DNA from: Antedon mediterranea
Lineage: Eukaryota > Animalia > Echinodermata
Reading direction: 5' to 3'
Assembly (NCBI RefSeq): GCF_964355755.1
Contig: NC_092671.1
Coordinates: forward strand, 13,950,001-14,014,000
Length of the DNA stretch: 64,000 nt
A program made the position numbers and the translations under genes. Positions 25,500 to 40,400 of this stretch are shown piece after piece. The first letter of the stretch is position 1. Each line of letters opens with the position of its first letter. Below the pieces are notes generated by a model. It did not search any database. It was given only the letters and a program-made list of their open reading frames with translations, and was not told where the DNA came from.

Positions 25500-28250
25500 C
25501 AAGATGTATTGTTATCAATACATCAAATCACAAAAATAGATAACATTTATAAAAAAATAAAATATCAAAATAATATATTGTTAAAAATAGAACATTTATA
25601 TAATTTAAGAATCTGTAATGGTAATGCTAGTACAAAAAAATACATAAAACAGTAATCCATTATAAAGAATTGCATAGTAAACATTAATTATTAAGATATT
25701 TATAAAACATATGTACATACAGATTAATATAGGAAAACAAATCGTAATTAAAAAATCATAAAAATAATTATACATAAAATACCACTGATTGATATATAAA
25801 AAACATAACGCTGTGGGTATCAGTGGCTGGATCTCAATGGAGATACTAAAAAAAAAGCGAAAAGCTAAATCATCATCAGTGCAATAAATATATATATATA
25901 TTTATTTAAAAATACCTAGGAAAAAATATGTATTAGTATTTAAAAAACAAAAATATTAAGATATTATAAACATAGAAAAATATACACACACAAGTTAAGA
26001 TACATATAATACTGCCCCCGTATGGCAAGCCTCAGCTGTCTGAAGTATTCAAAATATTATATTATTATATCATTTTGCCATACCCCCGTATCTATTTAAG
26101 GACAATTACTTTCTTATACACTTTCCTTTTGTCCTGAACCTAACATTTTGTCTTTGATTATGGAGAACATGGGTAAAAATATCATTAAAGGTGATCAAAC
26201 AATACATAAAATTAATATATCTATTTAAAAAAAACTTCAATAAACATATTTAATATTAAAGAATATAGCATAGATAAATACAGTTATAGTAAAAATACGT
26301 AAATTTATATAGATTAATATAAAAATTACAAAACACTTAAAAATGCATAATGGTAGACAAACAGTAAATAATGCTGGAGAAAAAAAAGGTTACTTTACTC
26401 ATTTAATACATTTTAAAAACAATACATTCCTTTAAAAAAATACCTGCAATATATTTAACATATTAACAAATATAAATAAACATATATAATATTAATAATA
26501 ATACTAATAGTTTAACAATACAAACTATTTAAAATTCATAATACCTCAATAAAATTACCAGAAAGAAAAGGTTACTATACCCATTTAATACATCTTAAAA
26601 ACCACCATAACATAAACATAAGCAATATATTTACTGTATTAAAACATACATAGAAAACAAGTGATTAATATGAATCAAACAATAGAAAAATGCATAATAA
26701 TGAAAAAATAAATAAATCTGAAAAACAATGGCACTGGAAAAACAAGTTACTATATCCATTTATAAAACACTCATTCATACAAATACATAAACACAAGCAA
26801 TGTTAGAAATAAAAGTATCTGAAAAAAAAAGTACTATACCAATGTTACGCATTAAAAAACATCCATAACAATACATAAACACAAGCAATATTTTTACTGT
26901 AAATACATAGAAATCTATGAATCAATATGAATCATTACAAAAAATACATGCAATATATATAAATAATAAACAATACCAAATATTAAACTGCATAATAGTA
27001 GCATATACAAACCTAAAAAAATTACCTGAAAAACTGTGCTGGAAAAAGGGTTACTATAATACCCATTTTATGCAATTTAAAAAACATCCATAAGCAATTA
27101 TTATTTACATACATAGAAAACAACTGATTAATATGAATCAAACAATACAAAAAATGCATAATAAAAAAATAAGTAAATGTATTTGAAAAATAATGGCACT
27201 GGAAAAAAAGTTACTATACCCATTTAATGCATTTTATAAAACAATCATTCATAAAAGTACATTAACACAAGTAATATATTTACTGTATAAAATACAATAC
27301 ATAAAAAATAAAGGTTTCTGAAAAAAAGTGGCACTGGAAAAAAGGTACTACAGTATACCCATTTTATGAATTAAACATATTAACAAATATAAAGAAAATA
27401 TATAGAAGTAATACAAACCTCAACAAAAAAAAGATTACAACATCCATTTTATGCATTTTACAAAAACACACATACACATATCAAATACATAAACACATGC
27501 AATATATTTACTGTAGTTAAAAATACATAGAAAACAACTGATTAATATGAATTAAAGAATACAGAAAATAATTTTTTTTTAAATAAAGCAATCTGAAAAA
27601 TAATGACACTGGAAAAAAGGGTTACTCATTTAATGCATTTTAAAAACTATTCATAACAAAATACATAATATATTAGCTGTATAAAAATACAAATTGCATA
27701 AACAATAAAGATATCTAAAAAAAGGTACTATACAGATTGAATGCATTTAAAAAACATTCATAAAAATACATAAACACAAGCATATCTACTGTATTAACAT
27801 GTAATTTATTAAATAAATAGATGCAATATATTAAACGTATTAACAAATATAAAGAAATATATTAAATTTAAATTCAAAACAGTACAAAATATTTAAAATG
27901 CATGATAGTAGTGTATACAAATCTAACAAAATTACTAGAAAAAATGCGCAGGATAAAAGGTTAATATACACATTTTATGCATTTAATAGACATTTATAAA
28001 AATACATCAACACAATCAAAATATACCCATTTAATGCACCTTAAAAACAATTCATACAAAAAAAACATAAACACATGAAATTTATTTACTGTATAAAACA
28101 CAATACATAGAAAAGGTATCTCAAAAAATTGGCACTGAAAAAAAAGCTACACATGTAGTAAAAAAAACATTCATAAACAAATACATAAACACAAATAGAT
28201 TTTAAAAATATAGACATATTCATTAACAAAATATAACTATATTACAGACA
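25500..28250. repeat. Degenerate, A-skewed complex tandem repeat
   Basis: The module GCACTGGAAAAAAGGTTACTATACCCATTTAATGCATTTAAAAAAC...AATACATAAACACAAGCAATAT recurs about 10 times at irregular spacing (~26370 to ~28130). Confidence 0.75.
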
Positions 28251-28449
28251 TATCTACAGGATTTCTGTAAAATTCCTTTGCTTCCAGTAACTTGTCGAAA
28301 GTTTGGTCCACACTGAAAAGATAGAATTATGATTAGTAAAACTGACATTTGTCTTGTTTAAAACTGCACATAAGATGAGTTGGTCCTGCTTTGCTTGTTT
28401 GTCAGACCATAGTGAGAACATCTTATTTGAATACATGAATGTTTAAAGA

Positions 28450-31400
28450 TCTTGTTATGCAGTGGGTACAGCTTTACTTGAAGATGAGTTTAATCTTGAA
28501 ATTGTCTGGTCATGAGATGGCTACATCTTTACTTGAAGATGAGTTGAGACTTGAAATTGTCTTGTCGTGAGATGGGTGCCACTTTACTTGAAGATGAGTT
28601 GAAACTTGAAATTATCTCGTCATGAGATGGGTACATCTTTACTTGAAGATTAGTTAAATCTTGAAATTGTCTTGTTATGAGATGGGTACATCTTTACTTG
28701 AATTTGAAGATGAGATGAATCTTGAAATTGTCTTGTTATGAGATGGGTACATCTTTACTTGAATTTGAAGATGAGATGAATCTTGAAATTATCTTGTCAA
28801 GAGATGGGTACATCTGTACTTAAAAAAGAGTTGAAACTTGAAATTATCTTGTCATGAGATGGGTACATCTTTACTTGAAGATGAGTTGAGACTTGAAATT
28901 GTCTTGTTATGAGATGGGTACATCTTTACTTGAAGATGAGTTGAGACTTGAAATTGTCTTGTCATGAGATGGGTACATCTTTACTTGAAGATGAGTTGAG
29001 ACTTGAAATTGTCTGGTCATGAGATGGGTACATCTTTACTTGAAGATGAGTTGAGACTTGAAATTGTCTTATTATGAAATGGCTACATCTTTACTTGAAG
29101 ATGAGTTGAAACTTGAAATTGTCTTGTCATGAGATAGGTGCCGCTTTACTTGAAGATGAGTTGAGACTTGAAATTGTCTTGTCGTGAGATGGGTACATCT
29201 TTACTTGAAGATGAGTTGAGATTTGAAATTGTCTTATTATGAAATGGCTACATCTTTTCTTGAAGATGAGTTGAGACTTGAAATTGTCTTGTCATGAGAT
29301 GGGTACCTCTTTACTTGAAGATGAGTTGAGACTTGAAATTGTCTTGTCGTGAGATGGGTACATCTTTACTTGAAGATGAGTTGAGACTTGAAATTGTCTT
29401 GTTATGAGATGGCTACATCTTTACTTGAAGATGAGTTGAGTCTTGAAATTGTCTTGTCATGAGATGGGTACATCTTTACTTGAATTTGAAGATGAGTTGA
29501 AACTTGAAAATATCTTGTCATGAGATGGGTACATCTTTACTTGAAGATGAGTTGAGACTTGAAATTGTCTTGTTATGAGATGGGTACATCTTTACTTTAA
29601 GAAGAGTTTAATCTTTAAATTGTCTTGTCGTGAGATGGCTACATCTTTACTTGAAGATGAGTTGAAACTTGAAATTGCCTTGTTATGAGATATGTACATC
29701 TGTACTTGAAGATGAGTTGAAACTTAAAATTGTCTTTTTGTTAGATGGGTACATCTTTACTTGAAGATGAGTTGAAACTTAACATTGTCTTGTCATAAAG
29801 ATGAGTTCAGACTTGAAATTGTCTTGTCATGAGATGGGTACATCTTTACTTGAAGACGAGTTGAGATTAGAAATTGAATTGTTATGAGACGGGTACATCT
29901 TCACTTGAAGATGAGTTGAGACTTGAAATTGTCTTGTTATGAGATGGGTACATCTTTACTTGAAGACGAGTTGAGACTTGAAATTGAATTGTTATTAGAC
30001 GGGTACATCTTTACTTGAAGACGAGTTGAGATTTGAAATTGAATTGTTATGAGACGGGTACATCTTTACTTGAAGATGAGTTGATACTTGAAATTGTCTT
30101 GTTATGAGATGGGTACACCTTCACTTGAAGATTTAATCTTGAAATTGTCTGGTCGTGAGATTTACTTGAAAATGAGTTGAGACTTTAAATTGTCTTGTCA
30201 TGAGATGGGTACATCTTTACTTAAAGAAGAGTTAAAACTTGAAATTGTCTTGTTATGAGATGGGTAAATCTTTACATGAAGAAGAGTTGAAACTTGAAAT
30301 TATCTTGTCATGAGATGGGTACATCTTTACTTGAAGACGAGTTGAGACTTGAAATTTTCTTATGAGATGGGTACACCTTCACTTGAAGAAGATTTAATCT
30401 TGAAATTGTCTTGTCGTGAGATGGCTACATCTTTACTTGAAAATGAGTTGAGACTTTAAATTGTCTTGTCATGAGATGGGTACATCTTTACTTGAATACG
30501 AGTTGAGACTTGAAATTTTCTTATGAGATGGGTACACCTTCACTTGAAGAAGATTTAATCTTGAAATTGTCTTGTCGTGAGATGGCTACATCTTTACTTG
30601 AAGATGAGTTGAGACTTGAAATTGTCTTGTCAAGAGATGAGTGCATCTTTACTTGAAGATGTGTTGAATCTTAAAATTGTCTTATGAGATGGGACATCTG
30701 TATTGAAGATGAGTTGAATCTTGAAATTGTCTTGTCATGAGATGGGTACCTATTTACTTGAAGATGAGTTGAAACTTGAAATTGTCTTATGAGATGGGTA
30801 CATCTGTACTTGAAGATGAGTTTAGACTTAAAATTGTCTTGTCATGAGATGGGTCCCTCTTTACTTGAAGATGAGTTGAAATATGGTGGCTATACATCAG
30901 ACTGTACTTCTTGGTACTTAACATCTGGAGTCCAAATCTCTTAAACCTGAAAAATTAAGGTGATATAATACATACCTGAAATGTCTTTTGTGTGGTAGGC
31001 ACACCTTTAGGCCTACTTGAAGATGAGTTGGAAATTGAAATTGTCTTGTAATGAGATGTGTACATCTACACTTGAGGATGAGTTGAATCTTAAAATTGTC
31101 TTGTATGAGATGGGTCCCTCTTTACTTGAAGATAAGTTGAAACTTGAAATTGCCTTCATGAGATGGGTACATCTGTACTTGAAGATAAGTTGAAACTTGA
31201 AAGTGCCTTTATGAGACGGGTACCTCTTTACTCGAAGATGAGTTGAAACTTGAAATTGTCGTCATAAGATGGGTACCTCTTTACTTGAAAATGAGTTGAA
31301 ACTTGAAATTGTCTTATGAGATGGGTACGTGCTTGAAGATGAGTTGAAACTTGAAATTGTCTTGTAATGAGATGTGTACATCTACACTTGAGGATGAGTT

Positions 31401-34400
31401 GAATCTTAAAATTGTCTTGTATGAGATGGGTCCCTCTTTACTTGAAGATAAGTTGAAACTTGAAATTGTCTTGTTATGAGATGGGTACATCTGTACTTGA
31501 AGATGAGTTGAAACTTGAAATTGTCTTGTTATGAGATGGGTACATCTTTACTTGAAGATGAGTTGAGACTTGAAATTGTCTTGTTATGAGATGGGTACAT
31601 CTTTACTTGAAGATGAGTTGAGACTTGAAATTGTCTTGTCATGAGATGGATACACCTGTACTTAAAGAATAGTTAAAACTTGAAATTGTCTCATTATGAG
31701 ACGTGTAAATCTTTACTTGAAGAAGAGTTGAAACTTGAAATTATCTTGTCATGAGATGGGTACATCTTTACTTGAAGAAGAGTTGAAACTTGAAATTATC
31801 TTGTCATGAGATGGGTACATCTTTACTTGAAGACGAGTTGAGACTTGAAATTTTCTTGTGAGATGGGTACACCTTCACTTGAAGAAGATTTAATCTTGAA
31901 ATTGTCTTGTCGTGAGATGGCTACATCTTTACTTGAAAATGAGTTGAGACTTTAAATTGTCTTTTCATGAGATGGGTACATCTTTACTTGAATACGACTT
32001 AAAACTTGAAAATGTCGTCATGAGATGGGTACCTCTTTACTTGAAGATGAGTTGAGACTTGAAATTGTCTTGTCAAGAGATGAGTGCATCTTTACTTGAA
32101 GATGTGTTGAATCTTAAAATTGTCTTATGAGATGGGACATCTGTATTGAAGATGAGTTGAATCTTGAAATTGTCTTGTCATGAGATGGGTACCTATTTAC
32201 TTGAAGATGAGTTGAAACTTGAAATTGTCTTATGAGATGGGTACATCTGTACTTGAAGATGAGTTTAGACTTTAAATTGTCTTGTCATGAGATGGGTCCC
32301 TCTTTACTTGAAGATGAGTTGAAATATGGTGGCTATACATCAGACTGTACTTCTTGGTACTTAACATCTGGAGTCCAAGTCTCTTAAACCTGAAAAATTA
32401 AGGTGATATAATACATACCTGAAATGTCTTTTGTGTGGTGGGCACACCTTTAGGCCTACTTGAAGATGAGTTGGAAATTGAAATTGTCTTGTAATGAGAT
32501 GTGTACATCTACACTTGAGGATGAGTTGAATCTTAAAATTGTCTTGTATGAGATGGGTCCCTCTTTACTTGAAGATAAGTTGAAACTTGAAATTGCCTTC
32601 ATGAGATGGGTACATCTGTACTTGAAGATAAGTTGAAACTTGAAAGTGCCTTTATGAGACGGGTACCTCTTTACTCGAAGATGAGTTGAAACTTGAAATT
32701 GTCGTCATAAGATGGGTACCTCTTTACTTGAAAATGAGTTGAAACTTGAAATTGTCTTATGAGATGGGTATGTACTTGAAGATGAGTTGAAACTTGAAAT
32801 TGCCTTGTTATAAGATGGGTACATCTGTACTTGAAGATGAGTTGAAACTTGAAATTGTCTTGTTATGAGATGGGTACATCTTTACTTAAAGATGAGATGA
32901 AACTTGAAATTGTCTTGTTATGAGATGAGTACATCTTTACTTGAAGATGAGTTGAAACTTGATATTGAATTGTTATGAGACGGGTACATCTTTACTTGAA
33001 GATGAGTTGAGACTTGAAATTGTCTTGTTATGAGATTGGTACATCTTTACTTGAAGATGAGTTGAGACTTGAAATTGTCTTGTCATGAGATGGACACATC
33101 TGTACTTAAAGAAGAGTTAAAATTTGAAATTGTCTCGTTATGAGATGTGTAAATCTTTACTTGAAGAAGAGTTGAAACTTGAAATTATCTTGTCATGAGA
33201 TGGGTACATCTTTACTTGAAGACGAGTTGAGACTTGAAATGTTCTTATGAGATGGGTACACCTTCACTTGAAGAAGATTTAATCTTGAAATTGTCTTGTC
33301 GTGAGATGGCTACATCTTTACTTGAAAATGAGTTGAGACTTTAAATTGTCTTGTCATGAGATGGGTACATCTTTACTTGAATACGACTTAAAACTTGAAA
33401 ATGTTGTCATGAGATGGGTACCTCTTTACTTGAAGATGAGTTGAGATTTGAAATTGTCTTGTCAAGAGATGAGTGCATCTTTACTTGAAGATGTGTTGAA
33501 TCTTAAAATTGTCTTATGAGATTCAGAGATGGGACATCTGTATTGAAGATGAGTTGAAACTTGAAATTGTCTTGTCATGAGATGGGTACCTATTTACTTG
33601 AAGATGAGTTGAAACTGGAAATTGTCTTATGAGATGGGTACATCTGTACTTGAAGATGAGTTTAGACTTAAAATTGTCTTGTCATGAGATGGGTCCCTCT
33701 TTACTTGAAGATGAGTTGAAATACGGTGGCTATACATCAGACTGTACTTCTTGGTTCTTAACATCTGGAGTCCAAATCTCTTAAACCTGAAAAATTAAGG
33801 TGATATAATACATACCTGAAATGTCTTTTGTGTGGTGAACACACCTTTAGGCCTACTTGAAGATGAGTTGGAAATTGAAATTGTCTTGTAATGAGATGTG
33901 TACATCTACACTTGAGGATGAGTTGAATCTTAAAATTGTCTTGTCATGAGATGGGTCCCTCTTACTTGAAGATAAGTGGAAACTTGAAATTGCCTTCATG
34001 AGCTGGGTACATCTGTACTTGAAGATGAGTTAAAACTTGAAATTGTCTTGTTATGAGATGGGTGCATCTTTACTTGAAGATGAGTTGAATCTTGGAATTG
34101 TCGTGTTATGAGATGGGTACATCTGTACTTGAAGATTAGTTAAAATTTGAAGTTGCCTTCATGAGATGGGTACCTCTTTACTTGAAGATAAGTTGAGACT
34201 GTATATTGTCTGGTCATGTGATGGGCCCCTCCTTACTTGAAGATGAGTTGAGACTTGAAATTTTCTTGTCATCAGACGGGTCCCTCTTTACTTGAAGATG
34301 AGCTGAAACTTGAAATTGTCTTGTTATGAGATGGGTACATCTGTACTTAAAGATGAGTTGAAATTTGAAATTGTTGTCATGAGATGGGTGCTGCTTTACT

Positions 34401-37400
34401 TGAAGATGAGTTGAAACTTGAAATTATCTTGTCATGAGATGGGTACATCTGTACTTGAAGATGAGTTGAAACTTGAAATTGTCTTGTTATGAGATGGGTA
34501 TCTTTACTTGAAGATGAGTTGAAACTTGAAATTGTCTTATTATGAGATTGGTACACCTTCACTTTAAGAAGAGTTTAATCTTTAAATTGTCTTGTCGTGA
34601 GATGGCTACATCTTTACTTGAATACGACTTAAAACTTGAAAATGTCGTCATGAGATGGGTACCTCTTTACTTGAAGATGAGTTGAGACTTGAAATTGTCT
34701 TGTCAAGAGATGAGTGCATCTTTACTTGAAGATGAGTTGAAACTTAAAATTGTCTTGTCATGAGATGGGTACATCTGTACTTAAAGATGAGTTGAAATTT
34801 GAAATTGTCGTCATGAGATGGGTGCCGCTTTACTTGAAGATGAGTTGAAACTTTAAATTGTCTTGTTATGAGATGGGTACATCTTTACTTGAATTTGAAG
34901 ATGAGATGAATCTTGAAATTATCTTGTCATGAGATGGGTACATCTGTACTTAAAAAAGAGTTGAAACTTAAAATTATCTTGTCATGAGATGGGTACATCT
35001 TTACTTGAAGATGAGTTGAGACTTGAAATTGTCTTGCTATGAGATGGGTACATCTTTACTTGAAGATGAGTTGAAACTTGAAGATGAGTTGAGACTTGAA
35101 ATTGTCTTGTTATGAGATGGGTACATCTTTACTTAAAGATGAGTTGAGACTTGAAATTGTCTTGTCATGAGATGGGTCCTCTTTACTTGAAGATGAGTTG
35201 AAACTTGATAATGAGTTGAGACTTGAAGATGAGTTGAGACTTGAAATTGTCTTGTTATGAGATGGGAACAACTTTACTTGAAAATGAGTTGAGACTTGAA
35301 ATTGTCTTGTTATGAGATGGGTACATCTTTACTTGAAGATGAGTTGAGACTTGAAATTATCTCGTCATGAGATGGGTACATCTTTACTTGAAGATTAGTT
35401 AAATCTTGAAATTGTCTTGTTATGAGATGGGTACATCTTTACTTGAATTTGAAGATGAGATGAATCTTGAAATTATCTTGTGATGAGATGGGTGCATCTT
35501 TACTTAAAGATGAGTTGAGACTTGAAATTGTCTTGTTATGAGATGGGTACATCTTTACTTGAAGATGAGTTGAGACTTGAAATTGTCATGAGATGGGTAC
35601 ATCTTTACTTGAAGATGAGTTGAAACTTGAAATTGTCTTATTATGAAATGACTACATCTTTACTTGAAAATGAGTTGAGACTTTAAATTGTCTTGTCATG
35701 AGATGGGTACATCTTTACTTGAATACGACTTAAAACTTGAAAATGTCGACATGAATGATGAAGTACATCTGTACTTGAAGATGAGTTGAAACTTGAAATT
35801 GTTTTGTCATGAGATGGATACTGCTTTACTTGAAGATGAGTTGAAACTTGAAATTGTCTTACGAGATTGATATATCTTTACTTCAAGATGAGATGAATCT
35901 TGAAATTGTCATGTTATGAGAATGAGATGGGTACATCTGTACTTGAAGAAAAGTTAAAACTAGTGAAATTGTCTTGTTATGAGATGGGTATACATCTTTA
36001 CTTGAATTGAAGAGGAGTGAAAATATCTTGAGATAGGTACCTCTTTACTTGAGGATTAGTTGAAACTTGCAATTGTCTTGTTATGAGATGGGTACGTACT
36101 TGAAGATGAGTTGAAACTTGAAATTGCCTTCATGAGATGGGTACATCTTCACTTGAAGAAGATTTAATCTTGAAATTATCTCGTCATGAGATGGGTACAT
36201 CTTTACTTGAAGATTAGTTAAATCTTGAAATTGTGAGATGGGTACACCTTTACTTAAAGAAAAGTTTAATCTTGAAATTGTCTTGTTATGAGATGGGTAT
36301 ATCTTTACTTGAAGATGAGTTGAGACTTGAAATTGTCTTGTTATGAGATGGGTACAACTTTACTTGAAAATTAGTTGAGACTTGAAATGGTCTTGTTATG
36401 AGATGGGTATATCTTTACTTGAAGATGAGTTGAAACTTGAAATTGTCTTATTATGAGATGGGTACACCTTCACTTTAAGAAGAGTTTAATCTTTAAATTG
36501 TCTTGTCGTGAGATGGCTACATCTTTACTTGAAGATGAGTTGAAACTTGAAATTGCCTTGTTATGAGATATGTACATCTGTACTTGAAGATGAGTTGAAA
36601 CTTAAAATTGTCTTGTTGTTAGATGGGTCCCTCTTTACTTGAAGATAAGTTGAAACTTAAAATTGCCTTCATGAGATGGGTACATCTGTACTTGAAGATG
36701 AGTTGAAACTTGAAATTGTCTTGTTATGAGATGGGTACCTCTTTACTCGAAGATGAGTTGAAACTTGAAATTGCCTTCATGAGACGGGTACCTCTTTACT
36801 CGAAGATGAGTTGAAACTTGAAATTGTCGTCATAAGATGGGTACCTCTTTACTTGACAATGAGTTGAAACTTGAAATTGTCTTTTGAGATGGGTACGTAC
36901 TTGAAGATGAGTTGAAACTTGAAATTGTCTTTTGAGATGGGTACGTACTTGAAGATGAGTTGAAACTTGAAATTGTCTTTTAATGAGATGGGTACATCTG
37001 TACTTGAAGATGAGTTGAAACTTGAAATTGTCTTGTTATGAGATGGGTACATCTTTACTTAAAGATGAGATGAAACTTGAAATTGTCTTGTTATGAGATG
37101 GGTACATCTTTACTTGAAGATGAGTTGAAACTTGATATTGTCTTGTCATGAAAATGAGTTGAGACTTGAAATTGTCTTGTTATGAGATGGGTATATCTTT
37201 GCTTGAAGATAAGTTGAAACTTGAAATTGCCTTCATGAGATGGGTACATCTGTACTTGAAGATGAGTTGAAACTTGAAATTGTCTTGTTATGAGATGGGT
37301 ACCTCTTTACTTGAAGATGAGTTGAAACTTGAAATTGTCTTATTATGAGATGGCTACATCTTTACTTGAAGATGAGTTGAAACTTAAAATTGTCTTGTTG

Positions 37401-40400
37401 TTAGATGGGTACATCTTTACTTGAAGATGAGTTGAGACTTGAAATTGTCTTGTCAAGAGATGGGTGCATCTTTACTTGAAGATGAGTTGGAAATTGAAAT
37501 TGTCTTGTAATGAGATGTGTACATCTACACTGGAGGATGAGTTGAATTTTAACATTGTCTTGTCATGAGATGGGTATACATCTTTACTTAAATTATGGAT
37601 GAGTTGAAAATATCTTGAGATGGTACCTCTTTACTTGAAGATGAGTTGAAACTTGAAATTGTCTTGTCATGAGATGGGTACACCTTCACTTGAAGAAGAG
37701 TTTAATCTTGAAATTGTCTTGTCATGAGATGGGTTCCTCTTTACTTGAAGATGCGCTGAAACTTGAAATTGTCTTGTCATGAGATGGGTGCCGCTTTACT
37801 TGAAGATGAGCTGAAACTTGAAATTGTTTTGTTATGAGATCGGTACATCTATACTTAAAGATGAGTTGAAACTTGAAATTGCCTTCATGAAGATGATTGC
37901 ATCTTTACTTGAAGATGAGATGAATCTTGAAATTATCTTGTCATGAGATGGGTACCTATTTACTTGAAGATGAGTTGAATCTTGGAATTTTCTCGTTATG
38001 AGATGGGTACATCTGTACTTGAAGATGAGTTGAAATTTGAAATTGTCATCATGAGATGGGTGCCTCTTTACTTGAAGATGAGTTGAGACTTTACATTGTC
38101 TGTCATGTGATGGGTCCCTCTTTACTTGAAGATGAGTTGAAACTTGAAATTGTCTGGTTATGAGATTGGTCCCTCTTTACTTGAAGATGAGCTTAAACTT
38201 GAAATTGTCTAGTCATGAGATGGATACATCTTTACTTGAGGATGAGTTGAAACTTGAAATTGTCTTGTCATGAGATGGGTGCCGCTTTACTTGAAGATGA
38301 GTTGAAACTTGAAATTTTCTTGTCAAGAGATGAGTGCATCTTTACCTGAAGATGAGTTTAATCTTGAAATTGTCTTGTCATGAGATGGGTACCTATTTAC
38401 TTGAAGATGAGTTGAGACTTTATATTGTCTGTCATGTGATGGGTCCCTCTTTACTTGAAGATGAGTTGAAACTTGACAATTTCTGGTCATGAGATTGGTC
38501 CCTCTTTACTTAAAGATGAGTTGAGACTTGAAATTGTCTAGTCATGAGATGGGTACATCTTTACTTGAAGATGAGCTGAAACTTGAAATTGTCTTGTCAT
38601 GAGATGGGTGCCGCTTTACTTGAAGATGAGTTGAAACTTGAAATTGCCTTCATGAGATGGGTACATCTGTACTTGAAGATGAGTTGAAACTTGACATTGT
38701 CTTGTCATGAAGATGAGTTAAAACTTGAAATTGTCTTGTTATGAGATGGGTACACCTTCACTTTAAGAAGAGTTTAATCTTTAAATTGTCTTGTCGTGAG
38801 ATGGCTACATCTTTACTTGAAGATGAGTTGAAACTTGAAATTGCCTTGTTATGAGATATGTACATCTGTACTTGAAGATGAGTTGAAACTTAAAATTGTC
38901 TTGTTGTTCGATGGGTACATCTTTACTTGAAGATGAGTTGAAACTTAACATTGTCTTGTCATAAAGATGAGTTGAGACTTGAAATTGTCTTGTCATGAGA
39001 TGGGTCCCTCTTTACTTGAAGATAAGTTTAAACTTAAAATTGCCATCATGAGATGGGTACATCTGTACTTGAAGATGAGTTGAAACTTGAAATTGTCTTG
39101 TTATGAGATGGGTACCTCTTTACTCGAAGATGAGTTGAAACTTGAAATTGCCTTCATGAGACGGGTACCTCTTTACTCGAAGATGAGTTGAAACTTGAAA
39201 TTGTCGTCATAAGATGGGTACCTCTTTACTTGAAAATGAGTTGAAACTTGAAATTGTCTTTTGAGATGGGTACGTACTTGAAGATGAGTTGAAACTTGAA
39301 ATTGTCTTTTGAGATGGGTACGTACTTGAAGATGAGTTGAAACTTGAAATTGTCTTTTAATGAGATGGGTACATCTGTACTTGAAGATGAGTTGAAACTT
39401 GAAATTGTCTTGTTATGAGATGGGTACATCTTTACTTAAAGATGAGATGAAACTTGAAATTGTCTTGTTATGAGATGGGTACATCTTTACTTGAAGATGA
39501 GTTGAAACTTGATATTGTCTTGTCATGAAAATGAGTTGAGACTTGAAATTGTCTTGTTATGAGATGGGTATATCTTTACTTGAAGATAAGTTGAAACTTG
39601 AAATTGCCTTCATGAGATGGGTACATCTGTACTTGAAGATGAGTTGAAACTTGAAATTGTCTTGTTATGAGATGGGTACCTCTTTACTTGAAGATGAGTT
39701 GAAACTTGAAATTGTCTTATTATGAGATGGGTACACCTTCACTTTAAGAAGAGTTTAATCTTTAAATTGTCTTGTCGTGAGATGGCTACATCTTTACTTG
39801 AAGATGAGTTGAAACTTGAAATTGCCTTGTTATGAGATATGTACATCTGTACTTGAAGATGAGTTGAAACTTAAAATTGTCTTGTTGTTAGATGGGTACA
39901 TCTTTACTTGAAGATGAGTTGAGACTTGAAATTGTCTTGTCAAGAGATGGGTGCATCTTTACTTGAAGATGAGTTGGAAATTGAAATTGTCTTGTAATGA
40001 GATGTGTACATCTACACTGGAGGATGATTTGAATTTTAACATTGTCTTGTCATGAGATGGGTATACATCTTTACTTAAATTATAGATGAGTTGAAAATAT
40101 CTTGAGATGGTACCTCTTTACTTGAAGATGAGTTGAAACTTGAAATTGTCTTGTCATGAGATGGGTACACCTTCACTTGAAGAAGAGTTTAATCTTGAAA
40201 TTGTCTTGTCATGAGATGGGTTCCTCTTTACTTGAAGATGCGCTGAAACTTGAAATTGTCTTGTCATGAGATGGGTGCCGCTTTACTTGAAGATGAGCTG
40301 AAACTTGAAATTGTTTTGTTATGAGATCGGTACATCTATACTTAAAGATGAGTTGAAACTTGAAATTGCCTTCATGAAGATGAGTGCATCTTTACTTGAA

